DNA of 64,000 nucleotides, taken from Bryobacterales bacterium (GTDB taxonomy: Bacteria; Acidobacteriota; Terriglobia; Bryobacterales; UBA6623). The stretch is from the NCBI GenBank assembly GCA_963422375.2, contig OY729427.2, forward strand, positions 1,184,001 to 1,248,000. The letters are read 5' to 3'. Position numbers and translations under genes: made by a program. A model generated the notes under the pieces. That model saw nothing but the letters and a program-made list of their open reading frames with translations, searched no databases and was not told the origin of the DNA. Below are positions 31,734 through 42,555 of the stretch, in pieces. How positions within the stretch are numbered: the first letter of the stretch is position 1; every line of letters begins with the position of its first letter.

Positions 31734-32159
31734 CTAGTCCCGGTCTTCCGGCTCCTCCGGCTCGGCATCAATGATCTCGAGCTGGACATCGCCCTCCTCG
31801 GCTCGCTGCTTCGCGGTCTCGGCGTCCACGACCTCGAGCGCCACGGGCTGCTCCATGTAGGCGGCGCCGGCGCCCGAAGTGAGCACCATCAGCCGATACC
31901 GCTTCAGCTCAATCGAGGCGGGCACCTCGAACGTGATCGCTTCCGCGGTCTGCTCGGTCAACTTCATCTCGACGTCTGTGCCGCCGACGGTGAGATAGAG
32001 CGTGTCGACGGAGCCCCTGCCCAAGTCCGAGCCCTTGGCGACGGCCGAGCCTCCCGGCGCGACTGCGTCGGGCTCGACGGAAGTCACTCGAGGCACGGCG
32101 TACGCCAGCACGCAGGCCAGAGAAAGAAACAGGGCTGATAGACGGATCGCTCGCGACAT
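31734..32159 (-). CDS. Secreted IPT/TIG-like domain protein
   Basis: Signal peptide; PRVTSVEP..G..KGSDL pattern; AGGAGG RBS. Confidence 0.65.
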   Translation of the reverse strand: MSRAIRLSALFLSLACVLAYAVPRVTSVEPDAVAPGGSAVAKGSDLGRGSVDTLYLTVGGTDVEMKLTEQTAEAITFEVPASIELKRYRLMVLTSGAGAAYMEQPVALEVVDAETAKQRAEEGDVQLEIIDAEPEEPEDRD

Positions 32160-32247
32160 GGCCATCCCTCCTTTCGGTAGCAATGATAGTAATCGCCCGG
32201 CACCGGGAATGCAACTCTCTCGGGCCGCCGGAACGGCGGCTCTTGGC

Positions 32248-33549
32248 CTACCAGCGGGGCAGAACGCGCTGCCAGGTCGGGTCCACGCGCCTGCGCATCT
32301 CCGCCGCGTCGTCGCGTCGGCGGTAGGGAACTGAATCGTAGCGCCGCTTGAGCCGCTCGAGCTGGTCGTAGTCCAGATCGACGCCCAAGCCGCCCTTCTC
32401 CGGGATGCGGAGCGCCCCGCCTGCGAAGGGCAGCCGTCCGCCCGCGACGATCTCGTCGGACGCCTGCCACGGATAGTGGGTGTCGCAGGCGTAGGTGAGG
32501 CTCTCGGTGGAGGCCGCCACGTGGGCCATGGCCATCAGCGACACGCCCAAGTGGGAGTTGGAATGCATCGACAGGGCGATGCCGAACGTGCGGCACAGTC
32601 TGCCCAAGTGCTGGACCTGGCGCATGCCGCCCCAGAAATGGTGGTCGCAGAGGACCACCTGCACGGCGTCGCGGCGGACGGACTCGGGCAAGTGGGCGAA
32701 GGAGGTGACGGCCACGTTGCTTGCGAGCGGGATGCGAATCCCCCGGGCAACGAGTGCGCTCCGCACGGCGGCCATGCCGTCGAGCCCGGGCGATGGATCT
32801 TCCAGATAGCCGTCGCCGGACAGCTCCTCTCGCAAGGCTTGGCCAACCTGCACGGAGGTTTCGACCTTCCAGGCGGAGTTGGGATCGATGCGCAGCGGCA
32901 CACCGGGCCCCAACTCGGCCCGCAGCTGGCGAATGGCCTCGACCTCTTGTTCGGGCTCGAAGACGCCCCCCTTGAGCTTCACGTCGCGGAAGCCGTACTC
33001 GGCCACCATGGCGCGGACCTGGCGCACGATCGATTCGGGAGTCAGACACTCGCCATACGGGTCCTCGCGAGCGTCGGCTCCCTCGCCGCCGCCTCCGGCG
33101 TGCTTGTAGAAGGCGTAGGCGGAGAAGGGCACCGAATCCCGGACACGGCCGCCGAGCAGGTCGCACACGGGGACACCGACGCTGCGGCCGATTAGGTCCA
33201 GGCAGGCCGTCTCGATAGCCGCGAAGGTCCGCGGCCCGGCGTCGAGCGGGTTCTCGCCGGGCGTGCGCATGGCGTGGGAGCGCTCCGCTCCGGCCCCTTC
33301 GCCTTCCGCTAGGTCCAGCAGGTCGCCGGTGACACGGTAGGCATCCACCCCGAGGACCCGCTCGCGGACGGCACGGAGCGCGGCAGCCGGGCCCTCACCG
33401 CCGTAGGTCTCGGCGATGCCGACGATGCCGTCCTCGCTCTCGATTTCGAGGACGTTCCGCAGGGCGTAGGGCGCGTGGAGCCCGTACGAGCTGCGCAGCG
33501 GGGGATCGGCGATCGCGATCGAGTGAACGCGCAGGTCCTTGATCCGCAT
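32248..33549 (-). CDS. Glucarate dehydratase-related enolase-superfamily protein
   Basis: VPFSAYAFYK, KLKGG, RIDPN, YLEDP, MHSNSHLG, CDTHYPW. Confidence 0.88.
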   Translation of the reverse strand: MRIKDLRVHSIAIADPPLRSSYGLHAPYALRNVLEIESEDGIVGIAETYGGEGPAAALRAVRERVLGVDAYRVTGDLLDLAEGEGAGAERSHAMRTPGENPLDAGPRTFAAIETACLDLIGRSVGVPVCDLLGGRVRDSVPFSAYAFYKHAGGGGEGADAREDPYGECLTPESIVRQVRAMVAEYGFRDVKLKGGVFEPEQEVEAIRQLRAELGPGVPLRIDPNSAWKVETSVQVGQALREELSGDGYLEDPSPGLDGMAAVRSALVARGIRIPLASNVAVTSFAHLPESVRRDAVQVVLCDHHFWGGMRQVQHLGRLCRTFGIALSMHSNSHLGVSLMAMAHVAASTESLTYACDTHYPWQASDEIVAGGRLPFAGGALRIPEKGGLGVDLDYDQLERLKRRYDSVPYRRRDDAAEMRRRVDPTWQRVLPRW

Positions 33550-35168
33550 GGAACTCCCCATTGTAGGAACCGGATCGGGGGCCGTATGCACAGGCCCTGG
33601 CACGGCCGTGTGCCACCAATGAAGTAGTGGCTGGCGACGAGCTGGCGTCAGGATGTCTGAGGTAGGCAGCCGGGCGGACAGTGTTGGACCGTCGCACACG
33701 ACCAAAAGAAGAACCTCAAGGAGTGGAGCATGAACAACGACACCATCGCTCGATGGAGAAAATACTTCAAAGGTAGGATCCGCGAAATGCAGAATATCAG
33801 GTGGCCCGATGGTCCGAAACCGTGCTTTACAGTCGCCAGATTGAACGAAAGTGGTGCAGGTGTCACGCCCGAGGGAGAGAGCGTGGGGTGATCAACCCAA
33901 GCGGAATGGAATTGGAGGCTATGGCGGTGAAGAGAATGTCTTTCTGTCCCGAGCCTAGTGAAGTCGATTTGGCCATCCCGATTGGATCCGGCACTGCATA
34001 TGTCGCCGAGTGATGGTCCCGTTACGATGCCCGGTACATTGGCTGGGTTTCCCGCGATGGCACGTTCAACCCAGTCTGTGATCTAGAACCCACCGGCCGA
34101 GCAAAAGAGAACGTTAGACTGAGACAAGGAATGGGTACTCTGCTCCTTACGCCATTTCCGTCAGGTAGGATCGCCTTGGACAGGTCAAGCGACCGAGAGT
34201 GCGCTAGGAACAAGCGCGGTATGCCGACACTTATCCTCTAGAGAACGCCGTATATCAGGGTGGATATTTGCGGCTGAAGGCCATCGCCCCTCTCCTGCTG
34301 TCGCTGCACTACAAAGCCGAGTTGGGTCCTAATCCCTGAGGGGTTCGGGCCAGTCCTCTACGAGTTGGACACCGCGAACCGCGATCCCAGCTGCTGACGA
34401 TGGTGCCGAAGAATCCACCGCCGACGCCTGCCACACCGCCAACCGAAGAACCGGGGACGCTTCCCGGCGGCTGTCCAATACCGCTTCTACCGCGCTGAGA
34501 CCTGAAGTCGACTTCGGCGGGGCCGTGAGTGGGTGCGCTCGAAGGCTCAGACTTCCCGAAGTTGAGGGGTAGCGCGAGGCCAGGGCCTGCCGAAAGTCCG
34601 TACACAAAGCGCACGGTCTTCTCCGAGGGTTCACACCGTCCAATCTACGTCTTGTGGTTTTCTGCTACGCGTGCCTGTATGGAGGTTAGGACTCTGGAAT
34701 CACAATTGACGCACTGAGCAATTTCACAAGCAGTTTCCGGGATCGGCGGAATGCCGCCCGTCTCATTTGTCCTCTCGCCGCTCCGAAGCGGGTCCACTCG
34801 GCTGAAGCCTTGGTCCTAGCCGTCGAAGGGTCACGGCCGGGCCGAGAGTCCGTTCCGGGGCTGTTGGACGGGGTGTCGCGCGCCTCGACGGCGGCGAAAC
34901 CGGTCCGTTCCGCTCCCAGCCGGGCCCGCTCGCGGCTGCGGTGCTTCTCCCGGTCTGTCGGAGCCGCATCATATTTCGAAATCGCTAGGGAGACGACCAC
35001 GGGATGTCCGAGGCTACCCTCGGTGCAACCCGCGAGTCTCGGCGCTCGGGCAGGAATGCAAGACCGTGCATCTCGGCCCGCCTTGGCCCTCTATCCCCGG
35101 TCACATCGCTGTGAATTCAAGGGGCTTCCGTGGCCGGGCGCGGGGCGCTAGACTGAAGGTGTCGCCGC

Positions 35169-35711
35169 GTGCCCGGGAGCATTTACATCGAGGCGGCGGC
35201 ACTGGAGCGGATGCCGCTCCAATTCAAGGAAGCTATCAGGCCCGCGCAACTGGACCTGTCCGACCCGTGGCGGGTCAGCGACGCGGTGGCCGCACAGGGC
35301 AGGGCGGAGCTTCTCGACAAGGAAGGCCTGCGGTCGATCCGCGTGCGGGGTCGGCTCCATGCCTGCCTGAGCCATGCCTGCGACCGCTGCCTCAAGGACC
35401 TGCGACGGGAATTCGAGGAAGGCTTCGACCTTTGCTTCTACCCCATGGAGATGATCGAGGAAGGCGGCGAGGCCGCCATCAGCATGGAGCAGACCGAGGT
35501 GGGCTTCTACGACGGCGACGGCATCGGCCTAGCCGACGTGGTGCGCGAGCAGCTGCTGTTGTGGCTGCCGACACGGAGCCTGTGCCAGCCGGGCTGCAAG
35601 GGGCTCTGCCCGGAATGCGGGGCAGACCGCAACGAGCGGGCATGCGAATGCCGCGCAGGCTTCGCGGACCCGCGCTGGGACGCCCTGCGGGAGCTGAGCC
35701 GCGCTCGGTGA
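35169..35711 (+). CDS. yceD: DUF177 (YceD) protein
   Basis: CDRCL and LCQPGCKGLCPECG..DPRW; upstream of rpmF. Confidence 0.9.
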   Translation: MPGSIYIEAAALERMPLQFKEAIRPAQLDLSDPWRVSDAVAAQGRAELLDKEGLRSIRVRGRLHACLSHACDRCLKDLRREFEEGFDLCFYPMEMIEEGGEAAISMEQTEVGFYDGDGIGLADVVREQLLLWLPTRSLCQPGCKGLCPECGADRNERACECRAGFADPRWDALRELSRAR

Positions 35712-35741
35712 CGCGCGGCTCGCAGTTGGGAAGATAGAGTC

Positions 35742-35924
35742 ATGCCGAATCCGAAGCGTAGACACTCCAGAGCCCGAAAGGGCAAGAGGCGCGCGCACGA
35801 CCACCTGACCCCGCAGGGGTTCTCGGTGTGCCCGCAGTGCTCGGCCGCCGTGCTCCCTCACCGCGCCTGCAAGCACTGCGGGTACTACAAGGGGCGCGAA
35901 ATCATCGAGGTCGAGCAGGAATAG
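35742..35924 (+). CDS. rpmF: 50S ribosomal protein L32
   Basis: MPNPKRRHS..RRAH, CPQC..HRACKHCGYY. Confidence 0.97.
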   Translation: MPNPKRRHSRARKGKRRAHDHLTPQGFSVCPQCSAAVLPHRACKHCGYYKGREIIEVEQE

Positions 35925-35957
35925 GGCCCAGCCCTCCTCCGGTCACGGATCCTAGCG

Positions 35958-36971
35958 GTGCAACCTGTCACGATAGCCGTCGACGCGATGGGCGGCGATT
36001 CCGCGCCCACGGCAGAGGTCGAGGGATCTCTGCTGGCGGCCGAGGAGTATGGCGCCAAGATCCTGCTCGTCGGCCGCGAGGAGGTGCTGGGTCGCGAACT
36101 GGCGAAGCACTTCCCGGCCCGCGCCCAGATCGACATCGTCCACGCCGAAGACGTAGTGACGATGCACGACAACCCGTCCACGGCGCTGCGCTCGAAGAAG
36201 AACAGCTCGATTTACGCCGCGGCCCACCAAGTGCTGGAGGGACATGCTGCGGGCCTGATCTCCGCGGGAAACACCGGCGCGGTGATGGCTACCGCCCTGA
36301 AGGTCTTGGGCCGCATTCCGGGGGTGTACCGCCCGGCCGTGGCGCAGATCTTCCCGACGAGGCAGAGCGGGCGGACGCTGTTGCTGGATGTCGGTGCAAA
36401 CGTCGACTGCACGCCCTCGATGCTACTGCAGTTCGCCGTGATGGGCGATGTGTACTCGCGGGTGCTGTTCGGCTGCGAGCGTCCGCGGGTAGGCCTGCTG
36501 TCTATCGGCGAGGAAGAGCACAAGGGCAACGACCTCACCAAGCAGGCGACGCCGCTGCTCAAGGGGCATCCCTTTCAGTTCGTCGGCAACGTCGAGGGCC
36601 GGGATCTATTCAGCGGCAAGGCTGACGTGATCGTCTGCGACGGCTTCGTGGGCAACGTGGCGCTGAAGGTCAGCGAGGGGCTGGTCGCGACGATCAAGAC
36701 GATCCTGATCGAGTCGCTCGAAGCGACGGTGATGCGCCAGATCGGCTACGGACTCGCCAAGGGGGCGTTCGAGGACTTCAGGAAGCGGGTCGACTACGAG
36801 GAATACGGCGGGGCACCGATGCTGGGCGTGCGCGGAGGGGTGATTATCTGCCACGGCCGATCCACGCGGCAAGCCATCAAGAACGCCATCCGCGTGGCGA
36901 TCGAATTCGAGACCGCTGGCATCAACCGGCAGATCGAAGAGAGCCTCGAGCTCGGCCTCGGCAAGGCCTGA
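35958..36971 (+). CDS. plsX: Phosphate acyltransferase
   Basis: [29 protein letters not shown]. Confidence 0.96.
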   Translation: MQPVTIAVDAMGGDSAPTAEVEGSLLAAEEYGAKILLVGREEVLGRELAKHFPARAQIDIVHAEDVVTMHDNPSTALRSKKNSSIYAAAHQVLEGHAAGLISAGNTGAVMATALKVLGRIPGVYRPAVAQIFPTRQSGRTLLLDVGANVDCTPSMLLQFAVMGDVYSRVLFGCERPRVGLLSIGEEEHKGNDLTKQATPLLKGHPFQFVGNVEGRDLFSGKADVIVCDGFVGNVALKVSEGLVATIKTILIESLEATVMRQIGYGLAKGAFEDFRKRVDYEEYGGAPMLGVRGGVIICHGRSTRQAIKNAIRVAIEFETAGINRQIEESLELGLGKA

Positions 36972-37475
36972 TCACCTACCGGACGGTCGGCCCGACATGT
37001 CGGCGCTGCCGAGGTGGACGCAGGCTCGCGGCAGGGCCTTGTCGATCCGCTTCCCGAGTCGCTGGAGCGACTCCTCTGAGAGCGAGTTCTGGACAGCCTC
37101 GAATAGGATGCGCTCCTCGTAGCGGATGTGCGCGACGAGGATCTCGCGCAAGGACCGCAGGCGGCGCACTAAGGTGCCGCCCGCGACGGATTGGAGTTCC
37201 GCGATCGCCGTACGAATCTCGGCGTGCTCGCGAACCAGCCGGTCGACCACCCCCTTATCCTCAATAGCCTCGCGTGCGACGGGGAAGAGAATTTCCTCCT
37301 CCACAGCGAAGTGCCCATTGAGCTCGAGTTCCCATGCGGCGGCAACCTTGACCCGAAGCCGCTCTGCGGCTGCTGGATTCGGATCCCCGCGCAGGTCCCG
37401 GTCGATGAACACCCCGAGCGCCAGCCCGTCATGATGCTGGCGGGACAGGGGGACGAGCGCGGGGTGTCGCTTCAC
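36972..37475 (-). CDS. Hemerythrin-domain protein
   Basis: LSRQHH, HFAVEE, EH, HIRYEER. Confidence 0.85.
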   Translation of the reverse strand: MKRHPALVPLSRQHHDGLALGVFIDRDLRGDPNPAAAERLRVKVAAAWELELNGHFAVEEEILFPVAREAIEDKGVVDRLVREHAEIRTAIAELQSVAGGTLVRRLRSLREILVAHIRYEERILFEAVQNSLSEESLQRLGKRIDKALPRACVHLGSADMSGRPSGR

Positions 37476-37494
37476 GGTACGAGTGTTCCAGTCT

Positions 37495-38742
37495 TCAGGA
37501 GATCGCCTCGGGCTTGTATCCGCCCTTCCGGCGGTAGTGGAGGAACTGGAGCCCGAAGAGAACTACCAGCGCCACCGGCATCACGGAGACGTATTGGAAC
37601 GTCGCCTCGGCTCCGTATTGGTCGTACCAGCCTCCCATGACGGGGAGCACGAACGCAATCGCGAGGTTGCCGGTGCCGCCCATCAGAGCCAGCGCCACCG
37701 GGCCGCCCTTTGGGTAGAGTTCCGATGTTACGCCCAACATCGTGGGCCAGAAGTAGGTCTTGCCGACCCCGAAGAGCGTCGCGGCCGCGAACGCTCCGAA
37801 CATGGTCGAGGCCGAGCCCAAGGCGTAGAGGCCCGCCGCTGCCAGCGCGGCGGAGATCGTCATCAGGCCGAATGGCGAGAAGGCGTGCGCCAAGGGGCCG
37901 CCGAAGAATCGGAGCACGAACATGATGCCTGCGGTGTAGACAAGGATCAGAATGCCCTGCATGCCCGTCAGGCTGGTGATGAGCGACGGGACCCACTGGT
38001 CCGGTCCGAGCTCAGTCGCCGATGTGAGCCACATGCAGATCCACAGGAGAACGAAGGACGGCCGGAACAGGTCCAGCAGCATGTCGCCATTGCTGACTCC
38101 GGCGGCCACCCGCTCGGTCGCGGGGAAGGCCTGACCCCGGATGATGACCAGGTACGCAACCGCAACCAAGGGAACCGTCAGGAGCTTGAGGCGCCAGCCC
38201 AGCGTCGCCGTCGCCGAGTCCACGCTCCCGTCCAGGCCCATCACCTTCGTGATGCAGAACGCGAGGAGACCGCCGACGATCAGACCGCCCGGCCACCAAG
38301 CGTGCAGCACGTTCATGCGATGGGTCTTGTCTTTCGGGAACAGGGTCGAGCAGAGCGGATTGATCACACCCTCAACAAGGCCTTGCGCCAAGCCGAGCGT
38401 AAGCATCGCTACCCAGAGCAGCTGCGTGATGGGCTCGGACATGATGGATTCCACGGGGCCGTCGGGAAACGGCGCCATGACGATGGCTAGGATGGCGAAG
38501 ACATAGAACAGGCCGGAAATCGTCAGCAGGCGGCGCATCCCGAAGAGATCGACCAGGGATCCGCCGATCAGGATCGACAGCGTGAATCCGAGAAAGGCCG
38601 GGCTGAGCAGCTGCCCGAGCTGCTCCTTGTTCAAGTGAAAGTCGTTGCCGAGGGCGTCGAGGACGTCTCCGCGAATGGAAAAGACCATCGAGGTCGTGAC
38701 CAACGCGACGCAACTCGCCAGAAACAGGCGGTTTCGGTTCAT
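37495..38742 (-). CDS. MFS transporter
   Basis: About 12 hydrophobic helices; G.L.D.FGMR motif. Confidence 0.9.
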   Translation of the reverse strand: MNRNRLFLASCVALVTTSMVFSIRGDVLDALGNDFHLNKEQLGQLLSPAFLGFTLSILIGGSLVDLFGMRRLLTISGLFYVFAILAIVMAPFPDGPVESIMSEPITQLLWVAMLTLGLAQGLVEGVINPLCSTLFPKDKTHRMNVLHAWWPGGLIVGGLLAFCITKVMGLDGSVDSATATLGWRLKLLTVPLVAVAYLVIIRGQAFPATERVAAGVSNGDMLLDLFRPSFVLLWICMWLTSATELGPDQWVPSLITSLTGMQGILILVYTAGIMFVLRFFGGPLAHAFSPFGLMTISAALAAAGLYALGSASTMFGAFAAATLFGVGKTYFWPTMLGVTSELYPKGGPVALALMGGTGNLAIAFVLPVMGGWYDQYGAEATFQYVSVMPVALVVLFGLQFLHYRRKGGYKPEAIS

Positions 38743-38849
38743 TCTGCCCCTCCTTCCAAGGGTTCGGGCAGATAGATTAGCACAGCTTCCCGCCTGCCCG
38801 CCGGGAGGGCGCGGTGCAGGCGAGGCGTTAGTATGGAGTCAGCAGCCGG

Positions 38850-38936
38850 GCCCGGGTGGCGAAACTGGTAGACGCAACGGACTTAAAATCCGTAGTCCGT
38901 CAGGACGTGTGGGTTCGAATCCCACCCCGGGTACCA
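38850..38936 (+). tRNA. tRNA-Leu(UAA)
   Basis: Acceptor GCCCGGG/CCCGGGT, anticodon arm ACGGA-CTTAAAA-TCCGT, long variable arm, GTTCGAAT, encoded CCA. Confidence 0.95.
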
Positions 38937-38941
38937 CGGCA

Positions 38942-38964
38942 CGCCCCGTCACGAGACCGGGGCG
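38942..38964 (+). terminator. GC hairpin after the tRNA (no U-tract)
   Basis: CGCCCCG..CGGGGCG inverted repeat. Confidence 0.35.
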
Positions 38965-39178
38965 GCGGCTGGCGGTCCGAGTCGAGAGACTCCGGATCCT
39001 GACCGTTACCGCACTTCCCCGCCCCGGCAGTTTCCACCGAATTTCGACGCCGCTGCGGGCAGTCGCACGTGGCGGGAGGGTTGCAATCACGCTGGCCTCA
39101 GACATCCCGAAGCCCGCTCCTTGGACTCTGCCCGCTACGTGTCGCGAGCCACCTCTTCTACCAAGACATTCGTCTTCG

Positions 39179-39206
39179 GCAAGTGGACGCAGCAAGTGGA
39201 CGCAGC
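39179..39206. repeat. 13-bp tandem repeat GCAAGTGGACGCA x2
   Basis: Direct reading. Confidence 0.8.
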
Positions 39207-39516
39207 GAAGCGTTTGTCGGGTCGCCCATTCGTGACGCACGCAGCAATCAGTCACCGAATCGTCAACGGGCCCGGCCAGAGATCGCGATTCAACAATTCG
39301 GGCAATCCTCGAGGCGTCTCGCAACACCCCGCCCTCCCGCTGGTCTCAGACGAGTCACCTCATGTGCGACGTCCCGAATCAGGCGGCCACGGAAAGGCTG
39401 CGCTTGGCATTCACAACGCCAAGACATTCCAATATGGCTGAACTCCGATTGGGATATCGAGCGGGACGAGACGACGACCCGCTGGCACGACGCCCTTGCT
39501 TTGATTTCATTGTGTA

Positions 39517-40563
39517 CGGCCGACCAAGCCCCGCGCCATGCGCCGCATCTGTTCCGCCGTTGTTCCGCCGTGTCGCAGTCGCGGTCGTTGCGCCGTCCCG
39601 CGAACTCCGTGAGGTAGCGGCCGAGATGACGGACGCTCATCCGGTGATAGGTGCCGTACAGGCCGCGCTTGAACAGGGACCGAAACGATTCGATGCCGTT
39701 CGTATGCGCCGCCCCGCGCACGTACTCGCCGCCGGAGTGCCTGACGGCTTCGTGCGGGAACTCCGCCATGCCGGCGCAGGCCGCCGCCTCGTCGGAGCGA
39801 ACCTGCGCGCCCGGCGCGACCCGGCCGCGCACGAAGCCCTGCAGGTCGCCCTTGGCGGTGCCCGGCAGCGGCCGCGCGGCCACTGCGTTCGTGGCGCGGT
39901 CCCGCGCCCCCGCCACCGGGGTCTTGCCGACGAGCCCGCGCCCGGCGCGGGCCCTCTTGCTCTCGTGCCGGTTGCGTTCCTTGCCGCCGACGTAGGTCTC
40001 GTCCACCTCCACCGGGCCGGCGAACGGGCCCTGATCCCGCTCCCGGCACGCGCGGATGCGGTGCGCCAGGTGCCAGGCCGACTTCCGGCTGACGCCCGGG
40101 TCGCGGTGCAGCTTCATGCTCGAGACGCCCTTGATGCCGGTGGTCAGCAGGAACAGGGCGACGGCCCGGGTGCGGTAGCCGAGCTTGGTGTCGGCCATCA
40201 CGCTGCCGGTGCGCACGGAAAAGCGCTTGCCGCAGCCGCGGCAACGGTACGGCATCGAAGGGTGGGCCGTGCCGGACTGCACGCTGGAGCCGCGGCAGTG
40301 GGGGCATACCGGACCGTCGGGCCAGCGCATGGAGGCGAACCACTTTTCCGCGGATTCGTCATCGCGGAACATGGCGATCACTTCGATCAATGTGATGCCT
40401 TTACGGAACCACTTTCCGGGACCTGATTTCTTCATTTACGGCATCCCCTACTGGAACTATTCTACCAAAAAACACCACAGAATGTAAACGGAAAATCGGA
40501 GGAAATATGAAATCTTATTATGGCTTGATAATTTGCCTACTTGATTCCCTCGGCACTCCGATA
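39517..40563 (-). mobile_element. IS1595 copy A: 3'-truncated, left IR split by the intron and the composite transposon
   Basis: Near-identical to copies B and C down to about 39517. Transposase starts at 40435; an 11-bp duplication near 39550-39570 shifts the frame; no right IR. Confidence 0.9.
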
Positions 40564-42548
40564 GCCGAGTAGGAGGGGTCGTTGCCGAGCCCCTCCCCTC
40601 ACAGACCCGAGCGTGTGCGTCTAACGCACTCGGTTCCTCGGATGGCAGGTTCGCTCAAGCGAATAGCGGAGCGGTCATGGCGGGCCGGACGCGGGCCGCG
40701 GCAGGGGGTGCCGTCGCAGGAGTTCCTGCATCCGGTTCCAGTTCAGGCGCGATTTCCGGCTGCGTCGCGACAGCCACTTCCGCCAAATCCGAACGACTTG
40801 GCAGTGGAAGCTCGACAGCCGCGCGCTGTTGCCCCGGAGCCCGTAGTAGTTCCCGTGCCCCGCAGCACGCTCGCCAAGTGCTCGCACTGCCGCTGCACCG
40901 CGTCGTGCCGGTGCCTGCGGCACCAGTCGTTCACGGTCCGCAGGGCGCGCGCGAGGCGGCTCCGGGCGGTGGACTGGCGCACGACAGGGTAACCCTTCCG
41001 CGACCGCGCCCAGTAATGGGTGAAGCCGAGGAAATCGAACGTCGCGCCCTTCCCGCGCTTCCGGAGTCGGCGCGGTCGGAAGTCCAGGTACCGTGTCTTG
41101 TCCGGGTGGAGCCGCAGCCCGTACCGCTCGAAGCGCTTGGCCAGCACGGCCAGCACGCGCCGGCCGTCCCGGTCGTGCTCGAAGAGCAGCACGGCGGCGT
41201 CGGCGTAGCGCACCAGCAGGCACCGCTCTTGCAGGCGCGGCTTCGCCTCCCGCTCGAACCATGCATCCAGCACGTGGTGCAGGTACAGGTTCGCCAGCAG
41301 GGGGCTGATCACGCCGCCTTGCGGGGTGCCTTGCCCGGTTCGTTGCAGGACGCCCTCCTCGAGCACCCCGGCCTTGAGCCATTTGTCCAGCATCCGCCGG
41401 ACCACTCCGTCCTTGATCCGCAGGTCGAGGAACTCCCGCAAGTGCTTGTGCGGGATCGTGTCGAAGTATTTCGACACGTCCGCGTCGATCACCCATTGCA
41501 GCCCTGCCCGCGCGCCTGCCCGCACTGCGTGCAAGGCGTCATGGGCGGAGCGGCCCGGGCGGAACCCGTGCGAGCAAGGCAGGAAATCCGCCTCGCATAC
41601 CGGTTCCAGCAGCATCGCGATCGCTCTCTGCGCCACCTTGTCCTCGAACGTGGGGATGCCCAGCGGTCGCGTCGTGCCGTCCGCCTTGGGGATGTTGCGC
41701 CGTCGCACCGGCGGCGCTCAGTAGCTCCCGGACTTGATCCGGCCCAGGAGGTCCGACAGGTTGGCCTCCAAGTCCTTTTCGTAGTCCGAGGCCGTCACGC
41801 CGTCGATGCCCGGCGCGCCGTCCTTGCGCGTCAGCCGGTACGCCTCCTGCATCCATGCGAGGTCGATGCAGCGGTGCAGCGTCTTGAACGCCCATGCGGA
41901 GTGCTCCCGCGCCTGTGCGGCTATCCATTGTCTTGCGTGTACGTGTTCGCGGAACTCATGGTTTCCTCCAGCGTTTCCTTCCCATGGTTCTGTCCATCCG
42001 GCGCCCCCCTTCCCTTGGACGGGTCCCGGTTCCCCGCCGTCGCCAGTACTATGCGGGCGCTACGACTCCCTGCGCTGCATCCCCTCGACTTATTGCTTCG
42101 CCAGCCGGTACCACGCCGCGCCTGCTCGTTCGCTCCCGATCCCCCGCAGACAGGGGCGGGCCCGGATCCGTGGGGTTGGCCGCGATCCGTCTTCCGGCCG
42201 TTTTGCATGGACAGTGCAGGGCCTCCCAGGTTCCCCGGCGAGCCTTCCCGTGGCTATGCGGACGTTCTCTGACCCCGGACGACCCGTTGCGCCTCGCCCT
42301 TGGCGGCGCTTCCGGCGCGGCCCCCGCTATAACAAAAACGAAGGCGTCGACATTGAGGATTTCGAGGCTCCATAGCGTCGCTTTGCCACCCGCTGTGTAC
42401 GCTTCACGACGCGCGTTGCCACGCGCCATGCAACACTCGCTCCCGGCTGGCGGGCTGCGCCTCTGCCGGGCAGGTGTCGAACCTGCTGGCTCGCGGTGCA
42501 AGGTTTCAACTCATCGCATCCTCCTTGCCAGGGCTTGGCCTGGCGCAA
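40564..42548 (-). mobile_element. Group II intron (1985 nt)
   Basis: 5' TTGCG. Domain V GAACCGAGTGCGTTAGACGCACACGCTCGGGTC and a domain VI hairpin ending CTACTCGGC. Removing it rejoins the IS IR (AATTATA|TATC). Confidence 0.92.
40675..41959 (-). pseudogene. ltrA: Intron-encoded RT/maturase, inactivated, no endonuclease domain seen
   Basis: APGIDG, IPKADG..RPLGIPT.ED, GFRPGRS, GTPQGGVISPLLAN, YADA in place of YADD, FDFLGF. Frameshifts near 41930 and 40860; TGA near 41719. Confidence 0.9.
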
Positions 42549-42555
42549 TATAATT

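Noticed and set aside
33790..33830. RWPDGP.PC resembling the IS1595 zinc ribbon
   Set aside because: The surrounding sequence lacks the other Cys residues and any IR.
40675..41959. RT as a retron, DGR or defence RT
   Set aside because: It has group II maturase motifs and is followed by clear domains V and VI.
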